Shown here piece after piece: positions 1-13,480 of a DNA stretch of 64,000 nucleotides. Origin of the DNA: Penicillus capitatus (lineage: Eukaryota; Plantae; Chlorophyta); the NCBI GenBank assembly GCA_965649825.1, contig OZ287695.1, forward strand, positions 1,539,288 to 1,603,287. The letters are read 5' to 3'. The translations under genes and the position numbers were made by a program. Every line of letters starts with the position of its first letter. Positions within the stretch are counted from its first letter, which is position 1. The notes below the pieces were generated by a model. It was not told the origin of the DNA, ran no database searches, and saw nothing but the letters and a program-made list of their open reading frames with translations.

Positions 1-556
1 TCCATCCATCATTCCAGACAGACATTAGTGTGGGAATTCTGTCACACACAGACACATAAGAATCGTCGACGGAATCTCTCTGCCAATGAGGACCCACAGT
101 TGCTCTCCAGATTGTTGCATGGGTGTGATATAGAGTGGATAGGATTCGCTTTTCGGAGACGCTTCCGCGCAGATCTGCATATTCTCCTTGAGATAGATCT
201 GCAGTTCTCCACTCTTTCGACCCACACACAGCAACGTCTGCTCCATTGCCAGTAGAGACCCCATACATTTCACACTCTTTTCCCGATTCGGTATGCCACT
301 AGGTCACACGCATTGTCTTTCGCTTCCTCATCTGAATAACGCGCACTGACGACTCTTCACGGTGGCCGAAGTCAGATCACTCTGCTTCACCAAATCCACC
401 GCTACATTCACGCATGTCGCCCCCAGAGCAGAGAACGGCCTCCGTTTTACTTCTTACGATGCCGAGTTCATCGCCAACGATAAGACGGATGGGTGATGCT
501 TCGATCTGCTCCGACTCCGAATCCAACGTCGATGCTTCATCGCTGGTGGTTGACAT
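1..556 (-). CDS. WD40 protein, probably WDR74/Nsa1-like ribosome biogenesis factor (5' part; runs off window)
   Basis: ATG at 556 gives MSTTSDEAS...[13 protein letters not shown]. Two ~50-nt GT-AG introns join it to ORF 25..273 ([14 protein letters not shown]). GDELG resembles the N-terminal strand of Nsa1/WDR74 (family call from memory). Confidence 0.5.
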
Positions 557-595
557 GAGACAAAGCAGCCTTCGATGTGTCCATCATTTCAGAAA

Positions 596-1030
596 ATGAT
601 TCGCTTTATTCTGTTGCAGAATCGTGCAGGCAAGACACGGCTGGCAAAGTACTACGTCCCGTTAGAAGATGCCGAAAAACACAAACTCGAATACGAAGTG
701 CATCGCCTCGTTGTCTCGCGGGACCCCAAGACCAGCACAAACTTTGCAGAATTCCGCACACACAAAGTGATATACAAGCGCTATGCTGGACTCTTCTTCA
801 CCATCTGCTGTGATGTTACCGATAACGAGTTCGCATTGCTGGAGTCGATTCATCTATTCGTGGAGATTCTGGACCATTTCTTCCAGAATGTCTGCGAGTT
901 GGACCTCGTCTTTAACTTTCATAAAGTCTATCTCATCCTTGACGAATTTATTCTGGCTGGCGAAGTGCAGGAGACCAGCAAAAAAGTCATTTTGGATAGA
1001 CTCAAAGAACTGGAATCGATGGACACATAA
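596..1030 (+). CDS. AP2S1: AP-2 adaptor complex sigma subunit (intronless)
   Basis: [21 protein letters not shown]...[10 protein letters not shown]...[26 protein letters not shown]; full length about 144 aa. Confidence 0.95.
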   Translation: MIRFILLQNRAGKTRLAKYYVPLEDAEKHKLEYEVHRLVVSRDPKTSTNFAEFRTHKVIYKRYAGLFFTICCDVTDNEFALLESIHLFVEILDHFFQNVCELDLVFNFHKVYLILDEFILAGEVQETSKKVILDRLKELESMDT

Positions 1031-1192
1031 AGCTGTTGTCTCACGCACTGTATGACAACGCAGATCTTCTGCTGTTCTGATCGGCAATGCCTATCGATTT
1101 TGCCTAAGGATAACGATACGCTGCGCATTCGTGAACAGGAAGAGGGGACAGTTAGTTTAAGGGATTGCATTCCAACAGGACTGCCTTCGTTA

Positions 1193-3980
1193 TCAGTCTA
1201 AGAACAGAGGTGCCATGACCAGTGTAATGGTCGCCAGCATCTTGATCAATACGTGCAGAGAGGGTCCTGCTGTGTCCTTGAATGGATCGCCAACGGTGTC
1301 GCCAGTAACGGCTGCTTTGTGCGCATCACCTCCCTTTCCATTGTGAGCACCCGTTTCGATATATTTCTTGGCATTGTCCCATGCTCCTCCCGCTGTGTTG
1401 AGAAAGAGAGCCATCAGAATACCCGCAACGGTTGCGAACATAAGGAAGGCGGCCACAGCTTTGGCACCCAACAATGACTGGCCAGTATAGTAGCCCAGAC
1501 ATCGAAAGACGACACCCACAATGCAGGGAGAAGACACTGCCAGTATCCCTGGCTTCACCATTTCTTTCAGAGCAGACGCTGCCACAATACTGACACAACG
1601 TGCGTAGTCCGGTTTCTCGCTATAGGTCATGATCCCTGGCCGTTCTTGGAATTGACGCCGGACTTCGTTTACCACTTCCTGTGCGCTCCTGCCAACAGCC
1701 ACGCACGCCCAGGAGGTAAACAGATAAACCAAGGCCGATCCCAAGAAACCACCCACAAACACCTCAGGCAATGCAATATCCACATTTTTCAGTGGCGTGT
1801 CAGAGAACGAGGACACTTCGTCCATGTATGCACTGAACAGCAGGAAAGATGCCAAGCCTAAGCGAGAGAGCGATCCATTGGGTGATGGAAGCAATTGATA
1901 TAGACATACCGGCACTTCCAATGGCGTAGCCTTTCGTTGTTGCTTTGGTTGTGTTGCCCACAGCATCGAGCAGATCTGTGATTTCTCTTACAGATTCCGG
2001 CTGCTGACTCATCTCCACAATACCACCTGCATTGTCTGAAATGGGTCCAAAAATATCCATGGTCAACACGTAAGCAGCCGTGCTCAGCATTCCCATTGTT
2101 GCCACAGCCGTCCCAAACAGACCTCCACAGGCATGTCCCTCCTCGTCCACGAGACCCGACAGATTTCCGAGCCAATAGGATGCGATCATGGCAGAACTCA
2201 TCACGATCACTGGCATGGCTGTGGATTCCATCCCCAGTCCAACCCCGGCAATGATGTTTGTTGCATGACCCGTCGTGCTGGCGTCTGCCACTGTCCGAAC
2301 AGGTTTGTATTTGTAATCCGTGTAGTACATGGCAATCCAGACAAAAAAGTAAGACGTTACGATGCCGACCAGTCCACAGCATGCAAAATACATCCAAGCA
2401 TTCGGTGAGATATCTGTGTAGAGCATGAATCGACACGATCCAATGAAGGACATCGTTGCCAACGCCAATGCCACGTTGTAGCCACGTGTCATGACTCCAT
2501 AAGGATCTTCTGATGACGATCCTCGAGAGCCGATAGAGAGAATACCGACGGCAGAGACGACAAGATCCATGGTATGGATGACCAGAGGGAAGAGAATGAA
2601 GCCTGAGGCGTTTGGGACGCGAGCACGACGAACAAGCGTTCCTCCCAATATCATGGCGCTAATAATCTCGGCGGCAATGGATTCAAAGAGGTCAGCACCT
2701 CGAGCAGCACAGTCGCCAACGTTGTCGCCGACAAGATCTGCAACGACGGCAGGATTCCGTGGATCGTCTTCTGGGATGCCTTGCTCGACCTAAACACTCA
2801 GCTCGCTGTGGGTGGACAAGAGAGAATGGGCGGATCACTTTTCCAACGAGGTCTGCGCCAACGTCAGCCGCTTTTGTGTAGATTCCGCCGCCCAGTTGTG
2901 CAAACAGCGCCACAAAAGATGCACCGAAGCCGTAACCAACCAGAAGCAGGGGGACATTGTCCGAATGCAATCCTCCCTTCTCGCTCACCAAGAAAAAATT
3001 GAAGAACGAATACAAAACAGCCACGCCCAAAACAGTCTACATCCCCATTTCTTTCAAGCATCGTCCAAGAAGAGAGAACGACGAACGCACCATTCCGACA
3101 ACGAGAAGACCGGAAAAGCCTCCAGCTCGCATCGCAATTTGAAGAGGTTCTCGTGCCGATCGTCGAGCAGCGCTCGCTACTCGAACATTTGCTCGGACGG
3201 ATACCCACATTCCAATATATCCTGCCAATCCTGAACAGGCAGCACCGAAGATAAACGACGCCGCTGTTAGGGATGCCAACATCGTCCTGTCATTCCTTCA
3301 TCCATCGATAGAAAAGAGCGATCGAGAGCATACCTCGTCAATCCCGCCTCCAGCTGTTCCTTTGTCTCCTTTCGGAACATGTAGATGAGATAAATCACGC
3401 CGCAGAGGACAATCGCCATTTTGGCGATGGTGCTGTACTGAATTCTGAAATATCCCTCAGCGCCTTCCCGAATAGCAATGGACACCTGTCACATCACTCA
3501 TTCTTATCCAATACGAGGCAGCAGCACTCACATCTTGCATGTCTTTTGTGCCTTCGTCTTTTTCGAGAACCCACTTCGCCAAGTAAAAAGAAAAGACGAG
3601 CATCACTATGCACAGCGCGATGACAAAATCCAACGTTGCTGACGTCTCGTATCCGACATAGAGAACGAAGAATGTAAACACCATTCCCAAGAGCAGCCAC
3701 AGGCGACGTGTTCCAGAACTATTCGACCTCCCCAACTGCAAGAACTCATCTCGGGTAGATTATGAGACGGCGGGGCGTTTACCGCCAGATTTTGCCGAGA
3801 GAAGTTACGGCGCTTCTCGGCACTTGAGAGGAGGACGTTGTTTTCCATCAGCGATTCTGGGTCTTTGTTATCGAGACCTGTCACTCGAACGCGGAGCCGT
3901 TCGAGGGAGGCAATGTCCGTAGCCGATCCCATCATCGAAAACACGTTCCCTGCATTATCCCGCTCATTTCTTGTGAGCAT
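1193..3980 (-). CDS. AVP2: H+-translocating pyrophosphatase, type II (K+-independent, AVP2-like)
   Basis: Motifs [44 protein letters not shown] (Lys-type, K+-independent), [15 protein letters not shown] and [15 protein letters not shown]. Six GT-AG introns restore the frame. The start is 3980 or 3935. Confidence 0.95.
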
Positions 3981-4033
3981 TAGGCTTGCCTTTCTCTGCT
4001 ATTCGCTCGCTCCGCTGCACTTGACGTATCAAA

Positions 4034-5057
4034 ATGAGTAGCGCTATTCAGACGTCTAAGAAGATCAAGTCGAAACAAAAGGGCCCGAATTTTGGACAGA
4101 TCCGACAGCAGTTTGATGCGTTTGTCAACAAGAGTCACCCTGGCGTGGAAGTGGCGTTGAAAACGGCCTTCGGCGCTGTTCAAGGAGGAGCGTTGGGATA
4201 CTTCATGGGAATGCTGATGCAAAGCTCCGCGGAATCGCTGAAGCAAAGCGGCGGAGGAGTGAACCCTATGATGGCGCAGATGCAGGGACAGGCTTCACCT
4301 CTGATGCAAGCGAGAGGCCTCGCGGCGCTCTGCGGTGTGAGCAGTGGCATCTCGGCGGCGCTCAAGAAAATTCGAAATGGCAAGGAGGACGTCTGGTCGC
4401 AGTAAGGATGATTGTCGATCATGAATTCGAGTCGAGAACCCCTTGTCTGTATAGAATGGGTGCTGCAGCAGGAGGCGGTGCCGCATTCACGATTGCAAGC
4501 GGGAACTACAGTGTCCCAGCCGTCGTCAATTCTGCTCTTGTCCTTGGTCTCTTCACAGGAGCAGCTACGAAAGTACAGATCTCGTTTGATCCTGTTGTGC
4601 ACTAAAGTGTCTCTTCTATCAGGTCATGGAGTCGTTTAAGCCACAGCACGACGATAAGGAATTCGAGAGAGGCAAATTTCTGTTGCAGTCTTTGGGACTA
4701 TCCGTAAGATGTTATCCATTTCGAGACGCTGTGTGTTTCATCGCTGTGTGCGTTCAGAAGTATGATCGCAATCTAAAGAAGGGCCAGCTGACAGACAACA
4801 CCATTATGCTATGGACTGACAGGTAGAGTAAAGCATATTATTCTGTTGGAGTGAGATGTATGTGATGCAGTGCTTTGCAAGAGGCGAGGATTCCTCCAGG
4901 GCCGAGATTGCTCATTCTGCATCACATCGATCAATATCGTCATGGACATGTGAGATCCGGCACTGCACACGAAATGTCCTCGTCGCCGTCCAAACTCGAG
5001 GAAACACCCGATATTGGGGGCAAAGCCACCACAGACGAATCTCCCCTGTCGCAATGA
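4034..5057 (+). CDS. Tim17/22/23 (PRAT) family protein with C-terminal SAM domain, HP30/Tric1-like
   Basis: GAVQGGALG...AALCGVSSGISAALKKIRNGKEDVW transmembrane region. Spliced SAM segment KYDRNLKKGQLTDNTIMLWTD-ALQEARIPPGPRLLILHHI is typical of plant HP30/Tric. The 3' end is uncertain. Confidence 0.8.
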
Positions 5058-5303
5058 CTGGCCGAAGTGACGATGTCTTTTGCATGAATGCGCTGAGATT
5101 GGCCACTCGACATAAACAAACGGAAATACACAAGAACAGATCTGTCCCATCATGAATGTCGACGTCTTGAATGGAACTCGGTCACTGTCTCGTGCAACCC
5201 ACGCTACCAACATCGCATCAAGCAAACGGCGCATTCCTCTCTGGCTTCGTGACGCATCGTCGACGTGACAGTACAGACCGCATTCATTATTGCCGGTCAT
5301 AAT

Positions 5304-8155
5304 ATGGAGGACTACGACATCTTGCCCCTTACACGGAAGGTAAGCGTCGACACGAGGCGCAATACTGAATCACGGCGCGTCAGGGGCGTATCGAAAGGTA
5401 CCATTTTGGAGAAAACCTGGCGCAAAAACTATCTCTGGAGAAGACGCTAAAAGGACACCGTCTCTGCGTCAATCGTCTAGCATGGAATCACGAGGGCACA
5501 CGTCTACTGTCGGGTTCAGACGATAAGAAGGTAAATGTCGTGGTCATGGATGCTTGTGGCTCGAGATATCTGCCTGCAGATTCTGATGCATGCCTATCCC
5601 AACTATGACCAATTGCCCTTGTCGATTGGCACAGAACACGCATCGAATATCTTCGGCGTGCAGTTCTTGCCGCATTCGGGAGATCAGATTCTGATCTCGG
5701 GAGCGATGGATACTATGGTGCAGCTGCATCGATTGGATGCGCCGCCCGAAACAAAGTTTTGTTATCCGTCTGCTTTGGATACCTCGGCATCCAGTACCCT
5801 TGGCCCCCAAGCGACAAACTGCGTGGAGGTCTCGCCGGGGACGATTGTTTTCAGCTGTCATCAGGGACGCGTCAAAGACGTCGAGGTCGACGAGAATTCT
5901 CCCCATCTCTTCTGGTCTGCCAGCGAAGATGGGACGATCCGACAGTATGATATCCGCTGCAAGTAGACGCCTCCAAATCATGAAGAATAACGGTGATTCA
6001 TCTGTATGAATGGCTTGTTAGTTTTTCGGATCAGATGCAGCCGCGAGCACCGAATGTTCTTGTGGGGGTACGGAGCCAGAACGGCGCCAGTAGCATTGAT
6101 TTGAAAGGATTGGACATCAACAAGGTGCAAAGATTCTTGCTGGCGATGCCGATGGTATGGATGCAACGGTTGGTTGTTTAGAGAGCTCCACATCTGTTGG
6201 GCGTGGCCTGTGGGGATCCATACGTACGTGTGTTTGACAGAAGAAAGCTTTCATTGGGTGCGTTCGTTCCTGCTTTAGCTCTGGGTGATGGATAATGTGT
6301 ATGTTTTTAGGTACATCAGAGAACACTTTTCCGGAGCCAGTGCTAAAATTGTCGCCTCCACACCTACCCTTGAGTAGGAAGAAAGGCTTCTAGCCGATGG
6401 AGTGAGATGTGTGACCATGTTCGTAGTTGGGTACATCGATGAGGAGCGCTGCCATTCGACTTATGTTCATTTCTCCTACCGTGGAGATCGTCTGGTCGCC
6501 ATGTTTCATGCAGATCATGCCTACTGCTTCGACATCTCCTCGGAAGGGACGACATCGTGCACTTATGTTCGACCTGACACGTTTCAGGAATCTTTCTCGC
6601 GAGACAAAGAAGATGTCCGCAATGGACAGAGTACATTAGCACCGTGTTCGAGTAGAGATAGCCGTCCACAAGGACAAAGATTGAGCCAGGAATCTATGAG
6701 ACTGAGAGATGAAACAATGGTTCTGCTTTCAAGAGAGGAGTACACGAAAGCCATTCAGTGAGTGTTGTCTTTGACAGAGTTGTGATGGAATGGATGGATG
6801 CGTGCGTGCATGCATACAGGCATCTAGATCGAGCCATTTGTTACTCCCCAACCGCACCCACACTCTATGTGCATCGAGCCCGAAGCTGGACCCGAAGAAA
6901 ACTGCCAGGAGATAGTATGTTTGCACTGCGAGACTACGATCAGGCCATAGCGCTCGATCCGACAAATCCCGAGAGTTACTTGCTCAGATGTCAAATGATC
7001 GAAGCGATGGGACAGCTGCAGGTATGTATGGACACATCGTCATCTCAGGAGACAAGTGATGCCATGTAGACGGCACAACGACTGCTGCGTAGCTATCTTA
7101 AGATGTTTCCCCATTGCAATCAGCTGACCGAAGTCGTCGAGCTGCGTCAGAAGATCAAGGAACAGCTTTCGAAACGCAAGAGACAATCTCCCAGCAAGAG
7201 ATCTCGTGAGGTAAGCACCATCTTACCTACACTCTCTGGAACACACGGTCAAGCAGGATGACTTGGACGAGGCGGCCGAACGCGAAGATGCACAAATCGA
7301 GGTCATCTTCAAAGACTCTTTCCCCGATGTCGCATCGTATCGACCGATGGTTTGGTGCAGGAGGATTCCGAAAGGGAGAGTGGTCGCGTGTTGACAACGA
7401 ATGGAGAAGCTGGGCCTTCGAGTTTGTCTCATACCGATTCGCTAGAGTCAGATCCCGACTGCGATGAATATCTCTACCCATTGTATGCACCATCTGCTGC
7501 ATGAAAAGACGGCGTTCCATCAAATGCCTGACGTTTCTGTAGTTATTGCAACGAGAAGGAAGCGCTGACAGAGAAGGGGAGTCCAGGAGGTGTCTGGTGG
7601 AAGACACAAGGCGGACGGCGGCTGTTGACGCGTTACATCGGTCAGCTGAATGTACAGACAGACATCAAGGAGTGCATCTTCGTGGGACAGAACGATTCCT
7701 TGGTCGCCTGCGGCAGCGACGATGGACATGTCTTCATCTACAACGCTGTCAGGACATCTCACACTTGTCTTCCATTGTCTCACTCTTTTTGACTGCAGGA
7801 AAGTGGAAATCCTGTCAACGTGCTCAAAGCCGATGAGGATGTATGTAATTGTGTTCAGTGTCATCCCACCGATGCGTGTCTTGCCACCAGTGGCATCGAA
7901 TCCGTTGTGCGTCTCTGGACTCCCTGTGCTGAGCCTGTCGCCCGAGACAACGTGTGCGATATCATTCACCTGAATATCGAAGCCATGAAACGCAGTCCTC
8001 GTCGACGATACATCTACAATGACCAGATGCTGATGCGCGTGCGGATGTTCCTGGATGATTATGAACTGGGCGAAGTCTTTGGAGGAATGGGTCGTCAAGA
8101 GCACAACGAAGAGGAAGAGGAGGGCGGTGCACCCGTGAACTGCCGAATGGTGTGA
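5304..8155 (+). CDS. WDTC1: WD40+TPR DCAF-type protein (WDTC1/adipose-like)
   Basis: Spliced: LKGHRLCVNRLAWNHEGTRLLSGSDD, HASNIFGVQFLP, CHQGRVKDV, WSASEDGTIRQYD, TPR segment (ALRDYDQAIALDP), RYIGQLNVQTDIKE, GSDDGHVFIY, CVQCHP...LATSGIESVVRLW. Confidence 0.8.
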
Positions 8156-8241
8156 AGTCAAAGGATCTGATCGTGGCTACAGACAGATAAAAGAACTAGA
8201 TGGATGGACGGCCCATCTCTTTTTTGTTACAGCAGAAGTTA

Positions 8242-8846
8242 TCAGACAGGGAGCGTCTGCATGGGGGCCACTCGATTTAACACCTAAAAGCATCCCCACG
8301 GTGAAAACAGGAGAGCTGAATGATCAGATGAAAAAACAGATTTGAGAATGGGCAGATCCAGGATCTTGCCGAGAATGGGGATGCGACGAAAGAATGTGAG
8401 TACTGTTGGAATGAATCCTTTAAACAACAACCAGAATCCGTACGTCTCCACAATGAATCCTAACCATGTCCATCCCATAAGCACCAGAAATACGCCGACC
8501 AAAAACAGAGCGGTCCCCTGTGCGTTCCGGTGAAATACAGAGCCATCTTCTGTTCGCACCTTGAGATGTTTGCGTACAAATCGTCCAGTGTTTCGAAATC
8601 CAATGGTCACAGCGACGCCCGCTACGAAGAGCAACTGCGGCAGGCTCAGACGTCAGTGTTCTGCTCCGTGGCTGAACGGCATTACGTTGCCCATGGCTAG
8701 GAATCCTCTGTCAAAGAACATGATGACGCCGAGGAAAGTGAAGAGGGCCCCGAAGGCGGTGAGCCCGAGACCAATCACTGCACAGCTGTCATGATTTTTG
8801 TATGGACGGAGAAGCAGGTCTGACTCCGAGTATCGTCCATGCGCAT
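8242..8846 (-). CDS. GOT1: Got1/Sft2-family Golgi vesicle transport protein
   Basis: Spliced [42 protein letters not shown]...[17 protein letters not shown]; three introns. Confidence 0.9.
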
Positions 8847-9716
8847 CATCTCGTCAAGCTGTTGTTGTTATCGTCGTTGTCGTTGTCGGAGAAGGAAAAC
8901 GACAATATGCGATTTGACAACATGTGATCACGGTGTTCTTTATTAGTGCGTCACGGACACGACGAGTAATGCAGAGTGAGCAGTGCCTTGTGTGATGCAA
9001 AAGAACGAAATAATGTATCCGAGAGAAAGGATAGATAGGTAGATACACAGACAGAATCCATAAGATGCGCCATCTATGCGACCTGTGACCCAAAAGGCCA
9101 AAAGGAGGACGCATCAGCTGTTCTGTTTTGTTAAATGTGTCTTATATGAGGGCACATCAGACAGAATTAAACAACAGCAGTTGTATGATGTTTTTTAACG
9201 AACGAGTCCGCAGGTTAAAGCAAGGAAGTAAGCAATCGACATGACAGCATGAAACCCAATTGTACCCATGCTTGGTTAGACTGGGATTACCTAGCTGTGA
9301 ATCTGCGCTTGGGTGTTTCTTTGTTGAGTGGAAGATTCCCAGTGCGATGTTACAAGGATTCTTAGGGTCGTTATGTCTTGATAGCAGCCAGCCAGGCAGG
9401 CAGGTTTCGAGATGAAATCACCATTGCATGACTGACAACGATACGAGACTAAAAGATCCCTGGGGAATGAGAATGGCGCGAGCCCACCTAATACTAGCCA
9501 ATAAAGGGATGGCTCCTTTGAACACAATCGAACGATGAGAAACAACAACAAGAATCAAGAGTGCGAGCCCTCGTACATCATCAACAAAATCTAAGGTCGG
9601 TCACCCACAAAGACAAACACATCATCTCGATATGGGCGGAATGAAATCTTTGAGCCATCAGTTCCTTGGTGTTTAACCGTTGATTTTGTGATCATTCTTC
9701 TTCGTTACCCACTCCC

Positions 9717-12087
9717 TTAAAACATGGCTGCTGACTGGGGAGATTCCACATACTGTTCGTACGAGGCCAGCAGTGTCTTATGAACATTCCCCAATTGAAA
9801 CAGTCCTTCGACTGTCACGCTCTCGCTTTCCCTCTTCCATACCAGTTCCCTTAAATGCTGCCTTGTTTCTGGATGACGTGACAGGTACATCATCACATCG
9901 TCTTTGGAAAGAAACTTGGTCACTGTTTTCTTGGCTGCCCTTACTGTGGCCATGCGACGTCCCTCGCGAGTGAACAGCGACATTTCACCAATAATGTCCC
10001 CCTCTCCGCGGTAGCCGACCAGCATTTTGTTGTCTCCCCTCTCCTGCATCCTCACGAACTCGTATGCCTTCTTCGATGCCTCAACGAGACCCTTTCTGGC
10101 CTTTCTGTCTTCTTCTGTCAGGACGACGGAGGAGGCACTGTCCGAAGAATTCATTAGGGGATCTCCAGAATCGGCAGAACCACGTTTGCGGCTGCTCTGA
10201 GGGCGACCTGGACGTCGAGGCAGGTTGCATGTCAACATCACCTCGCATTCTCCACTGACAATGTACAGCATGAATGAACCGGTTTCTCCTTGTTTGAAGA
10301 GGTATTCTCCTTCGTGATATGTCTTCTCATGTTTGCTGTGTGCCACAAGTCGCCGAATTATTTCGTGGAAACTGGAAGGGCCCTCGCTCTGTAGTTCTGT
10401 ATGCGACTTATCTGACCAACGAGGAACTGGATACTTCCCCTTATTAGTGACCCACGTATGGTGGCGGATCTCGGACAAGGTGATCCTTTCTTTGGGATTC
10501 TAAACACACACATACAGACGCATCAGTCATCACACATTCTGTTAGAGTGAGAGAAGGAAGGAATGAACAGGGTCTTCATGGACAAGGCATGCATGTGCAT
10601 CAACACACCTTTGTCAACAGTCGTATCAGCAAATGCTTTAGACTGTCTGAGATCGGAATGTTTTCTGGAAAGGAAACCTCTTCGTTCTGAACGACTTGAA
10701 AAAGTTGATAGAGATTTGGAGCGGTAAATGGAATTCTGCCAAAGACGAGAGTGTAGAGACAGGCACCCATGGCATAGATATCCGTTGGTCGTCCACGATA
10801 CCTGCTATTTGGTCGCATCATCTCCGGAGCGAGAAAAGCAGGGGTGCCGTTACAGCGCTCCAGATATTCATTGCCACTCACAATCACTTTCGAGCAGCCG
10901 AAATCGCTAAGTTTCACAGTACCATCAGCAGATACCAACACATTCTCCGGCTTTAGATCTCCATGGACAACTCTCTGACTGTGCAGATAATCGAGTGCCT
11001 AGTCCATTCACATCATCACATTGCAGCTCATACAGTACTGGACGAAAAAGAGAACGTACTCGAACCATGTCTCTGAAGTATTTCGAAACGAGTGACTCTG
11101 GTAATCGCTCACAACGCTCCAGCGCTTCCCGTGTCATGACGGGACCACCTTCGAGGTATTCCATAACTAACAGCAGTTTGCTTCCAGTTGGATCGTCAAT
11201 CACTTCGGAAAGAGTCACAATATTCAAGTGCTTCATCTTTTTCATGATCATGATTTCTCTCTTGAGATCGTCCATTGGATTGCGCTTGTTGGCTTGATTG
11301 CGTGATGTCTGCAAATCTGCTTTTCGGACTGCTTTCATGGCATACAATCTTGAATCGTGGACATTTAGACACAAGAAAACTTTGCCACAGGCGCCGCGTC
11401 CGAGATACTTCACCACCAGATACTGATTGACGAACATGCATCCCTTAACCTTCTCGATTCTCAGCAGAGATGTCTCTCTCACTGCCTTGAACCCTGAAGC
11501 ATCTTCGTTTTTTCCGACGGTGCCTTGGATACTCGTCTTGGAGCCCATCATCGAATTCTGAAACGCGTGATCAACGACGCTGCTGCTGTGTGTGTCCACC
11601 GCCGGGTCGTCTAACCGAAAGCACACACATACACGTTCCCAAATGTATATATTCCATTCTGCAACGACTTGGTGGCTGTAGTGGCTGAGTTGCGTCCACT
11701 TCATCCAAGTTGAACACCGTCTCGCAATTGTCCCAATCTCCGTCATCGGCGTCACTCAATCCTTCTGGCCGAGTTGGTTTCGGTGCATTTGGATGATGGT
11801 GGTGATGGTGGTGGTGTCCTGTGACCGTCATACCGCCCCGTTATCACCACGTCATTCACTAGACGCATCGCACCTTCGTGATGCTGGACGTTCCCATGTC
11901 CGGTTTGCGGACTGCGGCCTTTTTGACGAGGCGTCTTGTCTCCCCCCTTTGCTGGGGCGTTAGACCGACGGTTGGCGGAACTCCTAGAATTTGGAACTTT
12001 GTACGAAGAAGAGACCGCTTGCTGTGCTTACTGCGAGGACTGAATACCCGCAGTGGGCGTACTGGCTTTGCATACGAGACATCCCAT
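9717..12087 (-). CDS. CaMKK/GRIK(SnAK)-like Ser/Thr kinase with C-terminal cyclic-nucleotide-binding domain
   Basis: Kinase motifs [54 protein letters not shown]. The intron at ~10502-10608 joins LLTK|NPKERITL to ORF 9717..10478, which carries a cNMP fold ([16 protein letters not shown]...RMATVRA). The N-terminus is MGCL. Confidence 0.85.
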
Positions 12088-12330
12088 TTAGCTGCAGTGC
12101 ATAACAGTAAAAACGAAACACGACGCTGCGTCACGTCCAGAAAGAGAGAGTACTGTGTCTTTTTTGTTGTTGTTGCTGCAAAAAGAACGAGGTTCGAAAA
12201 TGAGGACAAACTCTAAATCGTGCACAATGGAGAATAGAAATACCAAGATCGTGAACGAACGAACACACTCGCAGGCACGTACGTAGACGCACGGAAACCC
12301 CTTGTGAAAGTCGGTAGATGGGACAGGCGG

Positions 12331-13480
12331 TTAGGATATCGACTCGAGAGCCTCCGTCAGATGCAACAACATGTCGCCAGCGACCATCGACCGACCCCTT
12401 TCGCGAAAAGTCGTATGGGCGGCACGACGAGTCATGACGCAGGCGGCATAACCAGCGAGGAAAAGAGGCGGCAAAGCGACGGAGGCGGCGCGTTTGGCCC
12501 ATGAAACGAAAAGAGCTGCCGAACCTGAAAGGACGTCTCCTTGGCCGCCACAACGGCGAGGCGTTGATGGTTCCGTGCAACGCACAGAGACGTCGCCATT
12601 GGTAACGACATCAAAAGCGCCCTTTGACACAACGACTGGTCCGCGGAGCTCGCGCGCGACGCTGGCGGCGATCCTTTCGCGTTCTTCGTTAGCCTCAGGC
12701 GTCAATGTCGTGGTCGGTATGTTCAGCATCGACGCCAACCGACGCAACTCATTCACATTTGGCGTCAAGATCGCCTCCGAGTATCCTTGCACGAGATCGC
12801 GATCTGTCAACACCCTGACGTGACATTGCCATCTCATTGCTCAAGAGATCCATCCGACCTTTGGTGACGAGATAGAGGGAATCGGCATCGAGGATGAGCG
12901 GAACGTTGTGTTCTCTGGCCGAATGGAGAATGAGCTTGGCACAGCGATGGTTTAGCGCATCCTGTCCAAGACCTGGACCGATGACGATAGCATCGAGCCG
13001 ATTGAACCATGATGTGACATCAGATCTTGCTTTCTCAGCCGGATCTTCCCTGTCCTCTGCCTGAAACAGCATAGATGACTCGAGGCGCGCTTCCAAAAAC
13101 CGAGGCTGCCTACTGCTTCATCGGATTCGTGGAGGAACTGATGGACGATGAGTTCAGGACTGTAGGACTTGATGACGGGAGCAGCGCTCTTGGTGGTAAA
13201 GATATGCGACAGATCAGCGCCCAACTACAAAGGATGGATGGTACATAGACATGAGAACGCATGGCGATCGTGCGGAACTCTGAGAGCAGACATGGCTGCG
13301 AAGTAGGGGGCGCCCGAGTAGTCTCGACATCCACCCACAACGCCGATTCTCCCCATGTCTCCTTTGTATGCATGACCTGCCGACGCTTCATGTTTTGCCG
13401 AGAGAACGGATTCTGCCTGTGAGTGTCGGAATGATTCTGGGAACGGCGCTTCGGATCGTCGCTTCCGAGAGATGTTCCAT
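12331..13480 (-). CDS. NAXD: ATP-dependent (S)-NAD(P)H-hydrate dehydratase (YjeF-C/carbohydrate kinase family)
   Basis: [69 protein letters not shown]. Confidence 0.9.

Noticed and set aside
1060-1110. CTGATC..AATGCC resembling a TPP riboswitch core
   Set aside because: No GCTGAGA/P2-P3 or P1 elements around it.
4809-5300. 163-aa minus-strand ORF
   Set aside because: It overlaps the Tric/HP30 3' exon and the WDTC1 promoter, and is treated as a shadow ORF.
8850-9716. 870-nt non-coding gap with partial hairpins and CATTGCA (U1 loop II-like)
   Set aside because: No U1 5' end (ATACTTACCTG) or Sm-site context; it is explainable as kinase 3' UTR plus GOT1 promoter.
12020-12087. In-frame TAA in the kinase N-terminus (Q-S-S-Q-*-A-Q-Q), suggesting the ulvophyte TAR=Gln code
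   Set aside because: A 54-nt GTATGC...GCACAG intron removes it in phase, and TAA/TAG clearly terminate conserved genes (AP2S1, OST48, cytochrome c, MCU).
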